Numbered from the stretch's first letter, positions 38,940-52,515 are shown. The stretch: 64,000 bases of DNA from Leucoraja ocellata (GCA_036785375.1 JAWMAR010000007.1:10912001-10976000); one strand, 5' to 3'. A program made the numbers and translations. The notes: generated by a model not told the origin, from the sequence alone.

Positions 38940-39530
38940 GTGTGAGTCTGAGTGTGTGTGTGTGTGTGTGTGGGGCCACTGAGTGTTTGAGTGATGAGCG
39001 TACGGGCGAGAGGTTGTGATTGTGTGAATACAACTGAGTGTGTGTCTGTATGTCACTGTGTGTATGTGTTAGTGTGTCTAAATGTGTGTGTAGGTGAGGA
39101 GTGTGTTTGTGCGGAGTGTGTGTTTTTACCAGCATTTGCGTCAGTGTGCGTGAGAGATGGGAGAGAGAGAGAGTGAGAGAGTGAAAATATTCCAAGGAGT
39201 GTGTTTACCAGTGCATGTGTATGTGTAGCAACAAGGAACTGCAGATGCCAGTTTACCAAGGAAAGACACAAAGTGCTGGAGTAACTCAGCAGGCCAGGAA
39301 GCATCTGTGGAGAATATGGACAGGTGACGTGTGTCTGAGTGAGAGGGTCATTGTGTTTACTGACAAACACCATGTACAGTGTGTGTCAATGTGTATGTAT
39401 GTGTATCTGTCAGTGAGAGTGTTTACTGTGTCAGACTGTGTTAGTCTGTCTGTGCGTAAGTAAGTGTGTGCGTGCCAGTGAGTGTTTACGGGTGGGAATG
39501 CTGGTGTGTGTAAGTTTGAGTGTGTGGAAA
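38940..39530. repeat. Degenerate (TG)n-rich region
   Basis: Many interrupted tgtg runs. Confidence 0.8.
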
Positions 39531-40859
39531 TGCAGTGAGTGCCCGGGATGAATTGCTGCCTTTAAAGATTCCGCCGATGTGTCCAGCACACAGGGAGGCT
39601 TGGAGCGACAACGCATGCTCCCGTGTGCTCCGCTCCCCGCTTCAGCCGCCTGCTCTCAGTGTCGCATGGACAAGGAAGCACAAATCTGCAGCGCCGAAGG
39701 TCGACGGGATCAGCAGCCCCTGGTACCGGTGGGAAGACGCCGGCGAGCCTTCAGACTGTGGGGTCGTGCCCCCTTGTGCAGCGGGGCAGGGCTGGAGGTC
39801 ATGAAGGGCTGTTCTAATCTATCATGTTCTATGTTCTAATCTAATCAGGCGCTCTAATCTATCAACATACGACAGTCCCGGCATCCTGGGAATTAACCTT
39901 GTGAACTCCCTCAATAGCAAGAATAGGGCTCAGGGCTTCAGTTCTGAAGGTAATACACTGGGCTGCAGGCAGTCAATGGTTCATTATTACCATCATGTGG
40001 TGTCAAGGTGCAGTGACATTCTTTTTTTGCATATAGATTAGTAACCATATACCCACACATAAGTAAAATCCCCGATTACTCACATAATGCATGGAATCAG
40101 CCCACATAGCCCGTATGCAAGAGTTGCCAGGTTTTGGCGCTACTTTCAAAGTCCCAGCTGCAGCTGGCCATAAAGGCCTGTTGCAGCTGTCGCCTCCATC
40201 CAGCTAGTCCAGAAAACCATCGCCCCTCTCCTCGCCCAGCCATCTTTAACCTTTATGGCCCAAGGGGGCATCTCCCGCAGTCGACCTTATGGGCGCGGAA
40301 GGTAAGATCCCCCCTCCCCCAGTTCTTTTACTGGCCCTTTTTCCAGCATCCGCCACGTTGCCGTCCTTCCACCCTCCTCTACGCTTCCCGGTCTTCGGGG
40401 GCGAACGGGAGATGAGCCTTCCACTCTAGGCTGGGTTTCACGATCCCGCGGCAGGCGAACCAGGCCCCGCAGCCTGCTAGGGTACGGCAGCAGAACCATC
40501 AAAGCAGCCTTCCAAAGACATGGGAGTTAGCAGGTTAATCAGCATCTGTAAATTGTCCCTCGTGAACAGGGTGATCGCTGGTCAGTGCTGACTCGGTGGG
40601 CCGAAGGGCCTGTTTTCACACTGTATTTCTAAACTAAACGTAACCACTACATGGGTATCAACGCAGGGCTACACAGGGACCCAATCGCCATGTGATGGCA
40701 TCGACAGAGCTAGGTTTGGGGGGGATGAGTTGAGATGCAGATTCACCATGGTCTGGTCACTCCAGCAGCCCAGATTCCCCCAGCCTCGGTGGACATTCCC
40801 GCCAGTCGCTGGATGCTTTGCAACCACCAGTGGAATTGCTGCTTTGGGATTCATCATAA

Positions 40860-41484
40860 AGGCCCTGTCCCACTTAAGTGACCCTGGCACGCAAATTACG
40901 CGACCTTGTCGTCACGTTGAGGCGCACGGGCAACGTATGGCCGCGCGGGGCCGGTCCCACTGAGAAGCGCGGAGGGGTATGGAGTTGTGCGGGGTACCGC
41001 GCGGCGCTCCGAAATTTTGTGGCGAACAAAATCTTCGCTCGCCACCGGCCTGATGCGTAACTAACGGCCAAAGTGGGACAGGCCCATCACCCTGGCGCGA
41101 TGCAAACTCAGCCTGCGGCTCACGGCCATTGCGGATCCGGATCCGCCCCTACCCCTACTACCAGAGCGGGGCCAAGAAAATTGAAGATAGACACAGAATG
41201 CAGGAGTAACTCAGTGGGACCCGCAGCATCTCTGGAGAGAAGGAATGGGTGACGTTTCGGGTCAGACTGAAGAAGAGTTTCGACACGAAACATCACCCAT
41301 TGCTTTTCTCCAGAGATGCTGCCGGTCCCGCTGAGTTACTCCTGCATTATGTGTCCAGCTTCAACTGACGTCATGCGCTCCAGACGGCTGTGTGGGCGCA
41401 TGAAGTCGCGCGGGGCTGTCACGCCTCAACGCGACCACGAGGTCATGTAATTAGCGTGCCAAGGACACGTAAGTGGGACGGGAT
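40860..41484. mobile_element. Harbinger-derived non-autonomous element containing a palindromic Penelope-type insert (~41185-41360)
   Basis: Long imperfect TIRs (gtcccactta..tggcacgcaaattac / gtaattagcgtgcca..taagtgggac), TAA flanks; right end matches the end at ~49230-49277. Confidence 0.75.
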
Positions 41485-42132
41485 TAAGACATGGGAGTTG
41501 GCCAGTCGGCCTCTCAAGCCTGGATCACCAGTAAATAAACTCAGCGATGATCCAATATTGGAGTCAACTCCACTGTTACACCCTCTACCCATAAACGTTA
41601 CCTCTCTTGGGTTCTGTCAGTCTGTGGTGAAAATAGAGTCATAGAGGAGTACAGCATGGGAATAGATCCTTGGGACAACCTCGTCCATGCCAAACTAGTT
41701 GGCTTACTGAGCTGCTCACATTTGTCTGCATTTGACACATGGCCCTCCAAATCCTTCTTACCCATGTATCTATCCAAATGTCTTTCGGCAGTCATAACTG
41801 TATCAGCTACGATATTGAAAGATATTGAATTAAATTATTTCCAGCAACCTTTCTTTAATGTTTCTGTTGAATGGCATTTAAGTATTCTGAAGAAGAGTCT
41901 TGACCCGAAACGTCGCCTATTTCCTTCGCTCCATAGATGCTGCCTCACCCGCTGAGTTTTTTATCTACCTTCATGTATTCCAACTGTTGCTTTACAAGTC
42001 AGCATTGAGGATAAAAATCAGAGCGATTTTCAGGTTTTCACAAAAGACTTCCCAAGCAACGCACAATATGGAATCTCTGTTTAGAGGCCTATCCTTTGTG
42101 CAGAATCGAAATTCATATTTCATATGAAATCC

Positions 42133-42770
42133 AAATTTCATAGCGAGAGGATTTGAATATAGCAGCAAGGAGGTCCTTCTGTAGTTGTACAGGGCCCTGG
42201 TGAGACCGCAACTGGAGTATTGTGTGCAGTTTTGATCTCCTAGTTTGAGGAAGGACATTCTTGCTATTGAGGGAGTGCAGCAAAGGTTCACCAGGTTAAT
42301 TCACGGGACGGCGGGACTGGCATATGATGAAAGAATGGATCGATTGGGCTTATATTCACTGGAATTTAGAAGCATGAGAGGGGATCTTATAGAAACATAA
42401 AATTCTTAAAGGATTGGACATGCTAGATGCAGGAAAATAAAACCCCGATGTTGGGGGAGTCCAGAACCAGGGGTCACAGTTTAAGAATAAGGGGTTGGCC
42501 ATTTAGGATTGAGATGGGGAAAATCTTTTTCATCCAGACCATTGTGAATCTGTGGAATTCTCTGCCACAGAAGGCAGTGGAGGCAAATTCATTAGATGTG
42601 TTCAAGAGAGAGTTGGATATAGCTCTTTGGGCTAACGGAATCAAGGGATATGGGGGGAAAGCAGGAACAGGGTACTGATACTGGATGATCAGCCATGGTC
42701 ATATTGAATGGTGGTACTGGCTCAAAGGGCCGAATGGCCTACTCCTGCACCTATTTTCTGTTTTTGTTTC
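42133..42770 (+). mobile_element. CR1 LINE 3' fragment
   Basis: SRTRGHSLRIRG...VNLWNSLPQKAVEA...GYGGKAGTGY. Confidence 0.85.
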
Positions 42771-44565
42771 CTGTCCTGTGATTCACAGTGGAGGATTTAT
42801 CCACTACAGTGTAATGCACAGTTGCACTTTAAACTCGTTGCACTCACTGCCCACTTTACTGAGTGAATGCATTGCTGCCGGGAATGGGTCATGCCAGAGT
42901 ATCGTTGTTATGTCAACAATCATTGGTTAACATAAATAAAGAATGCTATTGGTTCACACTGTGTAAAACATTAACCGATATGTAAAGGCGAGTTAGTACT
43001 AAAAGACACGCGAAGAGAAGGAAATTACACTTTTTTTGAGGAATCAGCACACTATGGATGCTGGTTTACTAAAAGAACACAGTGCTGGAGTAAGCAAGTC
43101 AGGCAGCATCTCTGGTGAACACGGATAGATGACGTTTCAGGTTGGGAACCATCTTCAGACTGATTGGTGTGGGTGTGGGTAGACGGTAGGCGGCGCGACT
43201 CTCGTCAGCAGCGGCCTCTGCAGCCCGTCTGCGTTTTTATTATTTTTTGTCTATGTTTTTATGTAGTTTTTGTTATTTTTTGTTGGGGTATGTGTCTGGG
43301 GGGGTTGGGGTGGGGTGGGAGGGAGGGGGTAACCTTTAATCTCTCCCTTCACGGGAGACCCGACCTTTTCTTTGTCGGGTCTCCGTTGTCGTTGGGGCTG
43401 CAACGAGGAGTGGCCTCCAACAGGAAGACCGGGGGCTCTGGTGCCGACGCGTCGCGGAGCTGGTCGAGTCCAGAGCGGGTGTAGCGGTGGTGGGGCGCTG
43501 CTGCTGCTGCGGCCCGACCTCCGGAGATTCGGAGGCTGCAACTGCGGGTCTGGCGGACGGCAGCACTGGGAGCCCGCGGGTCCCTGGAGGGAGACCGCTT
43601 TTCAGGGCTCTCGCAACGGCCACTTCTCCCGCCCGAGTTGCGGGGTCGAAGAGCTCCTGGAGCGGGGCCTGACATCACCGCCCCGCGCGGCTTGGAATGG
43701 CCGCGGGACTCTGCGAGCGCACGCCGGGGGCTCTAACATCAAGAACCCGGCGTGCGACCTTGCATCACCCGGCGTGGCTTTAATGGTCGCGGGACAATCG
43801 CCATCGCCAGCCGGGGGCTTTGTCTTTGACTCTGACATGAGGGGGGGGGGGGGGGGGGAGAGTGCAGTGGAGAGATAAGTTTATTTGGCCTTCCATCACA
43901 GCAATGTGATGGATGTTTATGTAAATTATGTTGTGTCTTGGGTCTATTTGTTTGTAATGTTTGGCTGCAGAAACGTCATTTCGTTTGGACCTCAAGGGGT
44001 CCAAATGACAAACAAATTGTATCATGTATCTTGTATCTTGTGTGGGTGGGAGAGAAAGCTGGAAGGGCAGGATAAAGAGGCAGGATAAGTATGGTAAGCG
44101 AGACAAAGTGCCGGTGAAACTCAGCAGGTCAGACAGCATCTCTGGAGAACATGGACAGATAATGTTTCAGGTCGGGACATTTTTTTCAGACCGAAACGTC
44201 ACCTATCCATGAATTCCAGCGATACTACCTGACTTACTCCAGTACTTGGGTCCTTTTTGCGTATTCACGAGATTTGCAGTTCTTTGTTTCTACACCTGGT
44301 AAATGAGAGGTGGATACAGGTGAGAGGTCGGGTTCATTGACAGGTGGGTATAAGTGACAATGGCTAGAGAGGAAAAGGAAACAATAGGATGGCAGATGAG
44401 GAGAGAAGAAAAGTGCAACGTGAAGCCAGAGGAAGGGATGTATGTGGAAGGGGACGGTGGGTGGAAATGGGAAATATGTGTGCGCACTGGGATAGGGCAA
44501 AGAGAGGGTAAAAAGAGGGGTGGGGGGGGGTGTTAGCTAAAATTGGAGAATTCACGATTCATACC

Positions 44566-45395
44566 TGTGGCAGATTAATTTAGAGGGAAATAAAAGGAAA
44601 AACACAAAGTTATAGACTTTGCAGGTTTGCTTCAAGAGACCTTATTGCATGATATCATGGAGAGACGGTGGCAGAAATGTCTGACTTCACAGCAGAAATG
44701 GCCGACAGTTATACTGTGCAATAAACAACGTTTGTATTTTGTTATATTCAGCCATATGAAAATATATTATCTACCTCATGGAGATCAATTATTTCATTAG
44801 ACATAACATACGTTTTGCTTATGTTAATCTTATTCCAACACCAGAAGGTTAATACAAGTCAAGCACAATACAAGGGCATCTCGACATTATTATATATCAC
44901 CTGTCAGGTGGCCCACGCCACCATCCCCTCTCGGAGCCAATCATAAGCCTCTCATTTACTGCTACATATCTATGCTACTAGCGGTAGGAGGCGTGGGTGA
45001 TCTACTGTGACTTTTCACAAAAGAAAAGAAACTTCCTTATCTCCTCTACTACTATTTCATGTTTACATTTACCGTCCATCCTTCAACACATTCCCAGACA
45101 AGAGGTAATACGTCTAATCTTTGCCGATTCCCCCAACCTCTTCCGCACCTGGTTAAGCGAGACCTGGGGTGGGAGATTGCATTCGTCAGGTTGGACCACG
45201 TGAAGGTTGCAATCAACCTGGCGAGCACAAACAGAAGATCAAACAGAACAAGTTGTCTTACAACTTTAGGCTGTGCACGACATACGCAACAAGAGGAAGC
45301 GAGAGCTGCCAATTGTCACATCCAAAATACCCTTCCGTTACCTTTTCAGTTCCAATCAAAATTAAGTAAGGAAGGATATTAACTTTTCTTCCACA
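44566..45395 (-). mobile_element. 3' LTR of an endogenous retrovirus
   Basis: On the minus strand a polypurine tract AAGGAGGGAAC (45406-45396) directly precedes TGTGG...CCACA termini. Contains a small retroposon insert at ~45171-45298. Confidence 0.75.
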
Positions 45396-47320
45396 GTTCC
45401 CTCCTTGATCTCTATGATCAACACATAGTAAGAAAGGATTTTAATATTTTCTCTCATTAATCAGTTGCAAAAATGGAGGCATACATGTCCGATTATAATT
45501 TTGGTTGGAACCCGTCCTTGAGCAAGCAAAGAGATACCTCTTTGTACATGCAAAGGGATATGAGCACACACCAAACATTCTAATCAGATAAGGAAGCTTG
45601 TTTTTCTTATAGCAGCAAGTTCACTGTGTTCTGTGAGGAAGTTGTTTGTAGGATTTCATACTGCAACAAACTTTCTACCCTCCTCATATTTCTTGCAACT
45701 ATCAGGATGCCTCACTTCTCCGTCATATCCTCTCTGATCCCACACGGTGTTAGTATATTCATAAGAATTCGATTCTACTAAGATAGTTAATAACACTTTT
45801 TTTTATCACTACAAAGTATTACGGTTCTTGTGTTTTCTTCTCTTCGAGGGTTCCGTCTGAGTGATGCAGTTTACATCTGGTGACATGTACCCAATCAGGT
45901 TTTTCTTTTACTTTTACTGCTATTCTTAATAGCAGCACCAAATATGGTCCTTTCCATCTAGAGGAGGGAGAATCTTTACTCATTGCTCGCACATAAACCT
46001 GATCTCCTGGTTTAAACGGGTGCATATTTCCTTCTGTTTTTATTTTTATTTGTTGTGTATGTGTGTGGGTGTGTGTGTGGGGGGCGGGGGGTGGGGGAAA
46101 CTTTTAAAATCTATCCCCTGCACGGAGAACCCGGCCATTTCCCTGTCGGGTCTCCGTTGTCATTGGGGCCTAGCACCGTGGAGCGACCTCCAGCAGGAAC
46201 GACCTGGGGCTGCAGTCGCGGAGCCTGCGGACCTACTCACCATCATGGAGCTGGCCGAGTTCGGAGCGGGAGGAGCGGTGGTGGCGCGCTGCTGCATTCC
46301 GACCCCGGGGATTCAGAGACTTACCGCAGGTCTGGTGGACGGTGACACCGGAGCCCGCGGGTCCCTGCTGGGAGACCGCTTTTCGGGGCTTCCGCAACGG
46401 CGACTTCACCCGCCCGAGTTGCGGGGTTGAAGAGTACCTGGAGCGGGGCCTTACATCATCGCCCGGCGTGGCTTGGAATGTCTGTGGGACTTTGCTAGTG
46501 CCCGCCGGGGGCTCCAACAACAAGACCCGGAACGTGGCCTTGCATCGCCCGGCGTGGCTTTAATGGCCGCGGGAGAATTGCCATCGCCCACCGGGGGCTT
46601 TGACTTTGACTCTGACATTGGGAGAGGAATGGGAAGTGCAGGGGAGAGATAGGTTTTTGCCTTCCATCACAGCGAGGAGGAGATGCGCTGTGATGGATGT
46701 CTGTGTAAATTGTGTTGTGTCTTGGTTCTTTCTTGTGTGTATGACTGCAGAAACAACATTTCGTTTGAACCTCAATGGGGTTCAAATGACAAATAAATTG
46801 TATTGTATTGTATTGTATTCTGCCGGAAGGACCTGCGCCTGCTTAACCTTCTCATAGATTTTACCACCTGTTTCACTCATGGCTTGAGCATATTTTAAGG
46901 ATTTTTCATCATTCCAAATTAGGACTACCTTCTCAGGAGTCATCGAGGGTCGGGTTCCTCTTGTCATAGGTCATCCCATCAAAATCTTGTGAGGTATTAG
47001 GCCCGTGTTTCTATTTTTCTGATTTCTCAGGGCATACATCGCTATGGGCATGGTGTCTGGCCACAACAACCTATTTGGCATACTTTAGCCAAAGTTGCTT
47101 TTTCCCCTCCATTTACTCTTTCTACCATCCCTGAGGGCTATGGTTGATATGGTATGTGTAATTTCCACTGGAACCCAAGAGCCTTCGACAAGTTCTGAAC
47201 CAATTTACTGGTGAAATGAGTTCCTCTGTCACTGTTTATTCCCATGGATATCCCGAATCTAGGTATTATTTCTTTCATTTAAAATATTGACTACCGGCCT
47301 TACATCATCCCTTTTTGTGG
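45396..47320 (-). pseudogene. ERV (class I/epsilon-like) pol integrase remnant, interrupted at ~46030-46820
   Basis: IIPRFG...NSDRGTHFT...SGMVERVNG integrase core (~47110-47275) and GPY/F module HPFKPGDQVYV...RWKGPYLVLL...DWVHVTRCK (45819-46025). Confidence 0.85.
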
Positions 47321-47329
47321 GGTGTGTAG

Positions 47330-49277
47330 CGGCAGATTTTTATATTGTTCAAGAGATTGCTCCCTCTAGCCACCAAGGAGACTACATGGTTAAGGAGAAT
47401 GTCATAAGACGCATGTGAGCTCTCCGAGAAACCTTCAGAGCTTCTTCACTGATCTCTCCTATTTCTTCCGCGTCTCCATGCGTCACACAGCGCGTGATGT
47501 CATTTACACATATAAAGGGGGTTGCTGGCTGCTAGATGGAACTTCTTGCACACATGTGGGGCCGTTGACGGGAAGCATGTGGCCATCTGGTGTCCACCCA
47601 GGGTGGTTCTATGTACTTTAACTACACAAAGTTCCATTCCATCGTGCTGTTAGCTGTGGTCCATGCAAACTACAACTTCCTGTTTGTGGATGTGGGCACA
47701 CCTAGCAGTGCCGCAGATGGAGGGATCTGGAGAGAGACCTCCCTTGGGCAAGCACTGGAAGAAGGGAGAGCAGGCCTTCCTGATCCTTCAGTGTAACCTT
47801 TTCGAGTAGGGGAAAAAGCAGTACCTCTGCCGGGAGAAGACAACCCTGACATCCCCCACGCACTGGTTGGTGATGATGCCTTCGCACTCAGGCCATGGAT
47901 GATGAAGCCATCCCCTCAGAGGCGGATGTCATGGGAGCGAAGGATCTTTAATTACAGGCTGTCCAGGGCTCAGAGGGTCGTGGAAAATGCCTTTGGTATC
48001 TTTGCTAGCAGATTCAGATTTCTGCTGACCACAATGGAGCATGAGCCTCGAGAATGTGCAGACCATTGTCTACATGGCCATGTGTCCTCCACAACCTGAT
48101 CTGCAGCAAAGGTGCAGCAGCAGCCATGGTGGAGGGTGGCACAGTGGACAAACAGACAGGAAACGTCACACCAGGTTCATGGCGAGCTGGAGGACAGGCT
48201 GCACCAATGGTGGCACGGGGCACATTGCAAGGAAACACCTGCAACAAAAGAGCCAAGGAGCAGAGAGACCATCTCTGCGCTTACTACAACTAGACAGTGT
48301 ACCCTGGCAGAACGACATGTGCTGAAGATCAGCAGCAAACATCCCACACCACAAACGGAGGACCTCCACTACAGGAACTGATCTAATAAAAGGAGGATCT
48401 ATGTATGTTAATGGAGGATTTTTGTATGTGAAACTAGTAATACTGTGATAATAATAATACCTCACGCATCGGACTTTCTTTGAAATGCCATACTTTTAAA
48501 AACGGTTAAATGCCTTTGTCTGCTTTATATGACGTTTCATGACACATTTTGCATTTCAATGCAGTTCAATGTCTGTGTGTTTTATTTATCTAGTAAATCG
48601 AGCTTTTTATATGTGAGATGCATTCCATGATTAGACGTGGTTTCCATATGTGAGATCAATGCCATGATTAACAAACTGCTTTTTCCACTACACGAAAAGG
48701 TTACACTGAAGTTAAATAGTCAAGTTGTAGGTGATATTTATTTGACTTTATAAGAATTAAATTATTTAGTGCAAACAATCAAATAATGTATTGAAAAACA
48801 AGAAACAAAATTTTAATGTGCAACACAAGTGAACAGAATAGTGAATGTTGGTTAGAGAGCATCATTCTGGGAAGAAAATCGATTCCGTGGCAAGAAACGC
48901 GGTGAGTGTGGTCAGGATTTTCAAATCGCGCGCGCTTTTATTGCTAACGCGAAAAAGGCGGGCCGACTGATTTTGGGCGTCACACGGTGTCTCGCGGTGA
49001 CATCATCGCGCAACGCCACGCGTTACGTGTACGACATCAAGACACTTGCGTGCGACCGCAATACGCCTGCGTATGCGCTACGTCAGGGCGGAGGCGAGCG
49101 AAGATTTAATTCGCTTCAAAATCCCGGAGCGCCCAGCAATACCGCGCACAACCCCATACCGCTCCGCGCTTCTCCATGGGACCGGCCCCGCGAGGCCACA
49201 TGATGCTCGTGCGCCTTAACGTGACGACGAGGTCACGTAATTAGCGTGCCAAAGACATGCAAGTGGGACATGGCCTT
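47330..49277 (+). mobile_element. PIF/Harbinger transposon with frameshifted DDE transposase (~47540-48290)
   Basis: DGKHVAI, GSMYFNYTKFHSIVLLAVV, VGDDAFALRPWMMKP, FNYRLSRAQRVVENAFGIFASRF, CVLHNL; right TIR ...aagtgggacatggcct|TAA. Confidence 0.88.
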
Positions 49278-51103
49278 AAGACGGCTCCCAGTTTCCATAG
49301 AGCCTGTCTTCCCAGTTACGTGAGTTTCATTTAACTCGATACACGGGGCAATGATAAACCTAAATTATTGTGATGTTGCAGGATATAGGAGCTCCTTTTT
49401 CGTGCAACATCCCACTAGTTTACATTTACTATTGTCAAGTAACCCAGGGACAGTGGAAACCTAGACAGAGAAATAGACAGTGATGGCTTTGTTTTGCATG
49501 CTACCCATACAGAATATATGTTATACAAAAATGCAATCAAGTCAAGCTGTCAATTTTTTCAGTGACAAATTGAAAGGAGCAGCAGAAGATGACAGAAGAT
49601 TTGCCTGGGTAACTCAACTCCCATACTGTAAATATGTCAGAGATTCAAACTTACACCCAATACACAGTATCACATAAAAGGAAGGTTGATAGTGTTGAGA
49701 CAACATTCTTCTCGTGTGGTCTTTCTTGTACATCACAAGCATAAGCAAGGCTATTAAAGCATGACCACTGACTGCTCAAACCCAAGCCAAGTCAGTGGAT
49801 ATATTTAAGGCAAAAATAGATAGATTCTTGATTAGTACAGGTGTCAGAGGTTATGGAGAGAATGCAGAAGAATGTGGTTAGGAGGGAGAGATACTGTAGA
49901 TCAGCCATAATTGAATGGTGGAGTAACTTGATTGACCGATTGGCCTAATTCTACTCCTATCACTTATGACCTGCGCAAGCACATTTAACTGCAGACATGA
50001 GAGGCATAGATAGGGTAGATAGTCAGAACCTTTTACCCAGGATGGAAATGTCCAAGTTTAATGGAGATGTGGGGCAAGTTGTTTTACACAGAGGGCGAGG
50101 GGGCCTGGGGCACATTCCCCAGGGTGGTGGTGGAAGCAGATACGATGGTGGAAGCAGTGGTGTTTAAGAAGCTTTCAGACAGGCACATGGATAGGCAAAG
50201 AATGAACAGATATGGATCAGTTGCAGGCAGATGAGATCAGTTCAGCTGTTTGGCATGTTTGACACAAACATTGTGGGCTGAAGGGTCCATTCCTGTGCTG
50301 TGCTGCTTTATGTTCTTCAGAGGTTGGGTTAATTGGCAGGAGGGTTTAAGTGACAAAGGCTAAAGATGAAAAAAGGAGACAAAAGGGTGTCAGGAGATGA
50401 GGAGAGAAGAGAAGTGCAATGTGATCACAGTCGCTGCCTCAAAAAGGATGGCAGTGTCATCAAAAACCCACACCATCCTGACCACACATTCATCTCCCTG
50501 CTCCCTTCAGGTAGAAGGTACAGGAGCCTGAAGACTGCAACAACCAAGTTCAGGAATAGCTACTTCCCCACAGCCATCAGGCTATTAAACCTGGCTCGGA
50601 CAAAACTCTGATTATTAATAACCACTTTCTGTTATTTGCACTTTACCAGTTTATTTATTCATGTGTGTATATATTTATATCATGGTATATGGACACACTT
50701 ATCTGTATTGTAGTAAATGCCTACTATTTTCTGTGTGCTTAAGCAAAGCAAGAATTTCATTGTCCTATACAGGGACACATGACAATAAACTCACTTGAAC
50801 TTGAAGCCAGAAAGAGGTGGAGTTTGTTGTTGAAATCCCCACAGGTGGAATTAGTTGTGATGTGAATTTATCCTTCAAGGGCTAATCATATTATAAAAGT
50901 TCTTCTAAAAATGCTAACTGATGGTAACCAAATGGTAACACCATCTTAGTTGTTTACAACAATTATCCTTTATCTTAACTGCATCTTAAAGAAGTTGATG
51001 ACATTTCCTCATCACCCACAACAAATGTGTGTTGCAATCTCTGCATTGATTAAGATCTTGCTAGTTCCTCCCTGAAGAAGGAACTTGGCCCTAAATATCA
51101 TCT

Positions 51104-52515
51104 ACAATGCATTCAGAAAGTATTCAGACCCCTTCACTTTTTCCACATTTTGTTACGTTACAGCCTTATTCTAAAATGGATTAAATTCATTTTTTTATCA
51201 TCAATCTACATAAAATACCCCATAATTAAAAAGCGAAAACAGGTGTTTAGAAATTTTTGCAAAGTAATTAAAAATAAATAACTGAAATATCACATAAACA
51301 TAAGTATTCAGACCCTTTACTCAGTATTTTGTTGAGGCACCTTTGGCAGAGATTACAGCCTCAAGTCTTCTTGGGTATGACGCTACAAGCTTGGCACACC
51401 TGTGTTTGGATAATTTCTCCCATTCTTCTCTGCAGATCCTCTCAAGCTGTCAGGTTGGATGGGTAGCGTCGATTCACAGCTATTTTCAGGTCCCTCCTGA
51501 GATGTTCGATCGGGTTCAAGTCCGGGCTCTGGTAGGGCCACTCAAGGATATTCACAGACTTGTCACAAAGCCACTCCTGCATTGTCTTGTCTGTGTGCTT
51601 AGGGTCATTGTCCTGTTAGAAGGTGAACCTCTGCCCCAGTCTGAGGTCCAGAACGCTCTGGAGCAGGTTTTCATCAAGGATCACTCTGTACTTTGCTCCG
51701 TTCATATTTCTCTCGATCCTGACTAGTCTGCCAGTTCCTGCCACTGAAAAACATCCCCACAGCATGATGCTGCCACCACGTTTCACCGCAGGTATGGTAT
51801 TGGCCAGGTGATGAGCGGTGCCTGGTTTCCTCCAGACGTAGCACCTGGCATTCAGCCCAAAGAGTTCAATCTTGGTTTCATCAGACCAGAGAATCTTGTT
51901 TCTCATGGTCTGAGAGTCCCTTAGGTGCCTTTTGACAAACTCCAAGTGGGCTGTCATGTGCCCTTTACTGAGGAGTGGCTTCCATCTGGCCACTCTACGA
52001 TAAAGGCCAGATTGGTACAGTGCTGCAGATATAGTTGTCCTTCTGGAAGGTTCTCCCATCTCCGCAGAGGAACTCTGGAGCTCTGTCAGGGTGACCATCG
52101 GATTCTCAGTCACCTCCCTGACCAAGGCCCTTCTCCCCCGATTGCTCAGTTTGGCCGAGCGGCCAGTTCTACGAAGAGTCCTGGTGGTTCCAAAATTCTT
52201 CAATTGAAGAATGACAGAGGCCACTGTGCTCTTCGGTACCTGCAATGCTGCAGAAATTGTTTTATACCCTTCCCCAGATCTGTGTCTCAACACAATCCAG
52301 TCTCGGAGGTCTACGGACAATTCCTTCGTCTTCAGGGCTTGGTTTTTGCTCTGACATGCACTGGCAACTGTGGGACCTTATATAGACAAGTGTGTGTACC
52401 TTTCTATATCATGTCCAATTTAATTTACCACTAGGGGACTCCAATCAAGTTGTAGAATCATCTCATGGATAATCATTGGAAACAGGATGAACCTAAGCTC
52501 AATTTTGAGTGTCAT
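51104..52515 (-). mobile_element. Tc1 transposon (Sleeping Beauty/Tdr1-like group), one end lost
   Basis: ORF 51616-52320 with GEGYKTISAALQVPKSTV, ILWSDETKIELFG, GGSIMLWGCF; TIR ta|caatgcattcagaaagtattcagacc with an internal direct repeat at ~51303. Confidence 0.93.

Noticed and set aside
39568-39804. GC-rich segment after a possible acceptor (tttaaAG) as the next exon of gene A
   Set aside because: Open in several frames, no strong donor, no recognisable motif; cannot be supported without transcripts.
42034-42084. Possible terminal exon VFTKDFPSNAQYGISV-stop
   Set aside because: Phase fits 38860 but the acceptor is weak and it is sandwiched between repeats; could be chance.
47540-48290. 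Domesticated HARBI1 gene
   Set aside because: Frameshifts and stops, and a retained TIR, indicate a decayed transposon.
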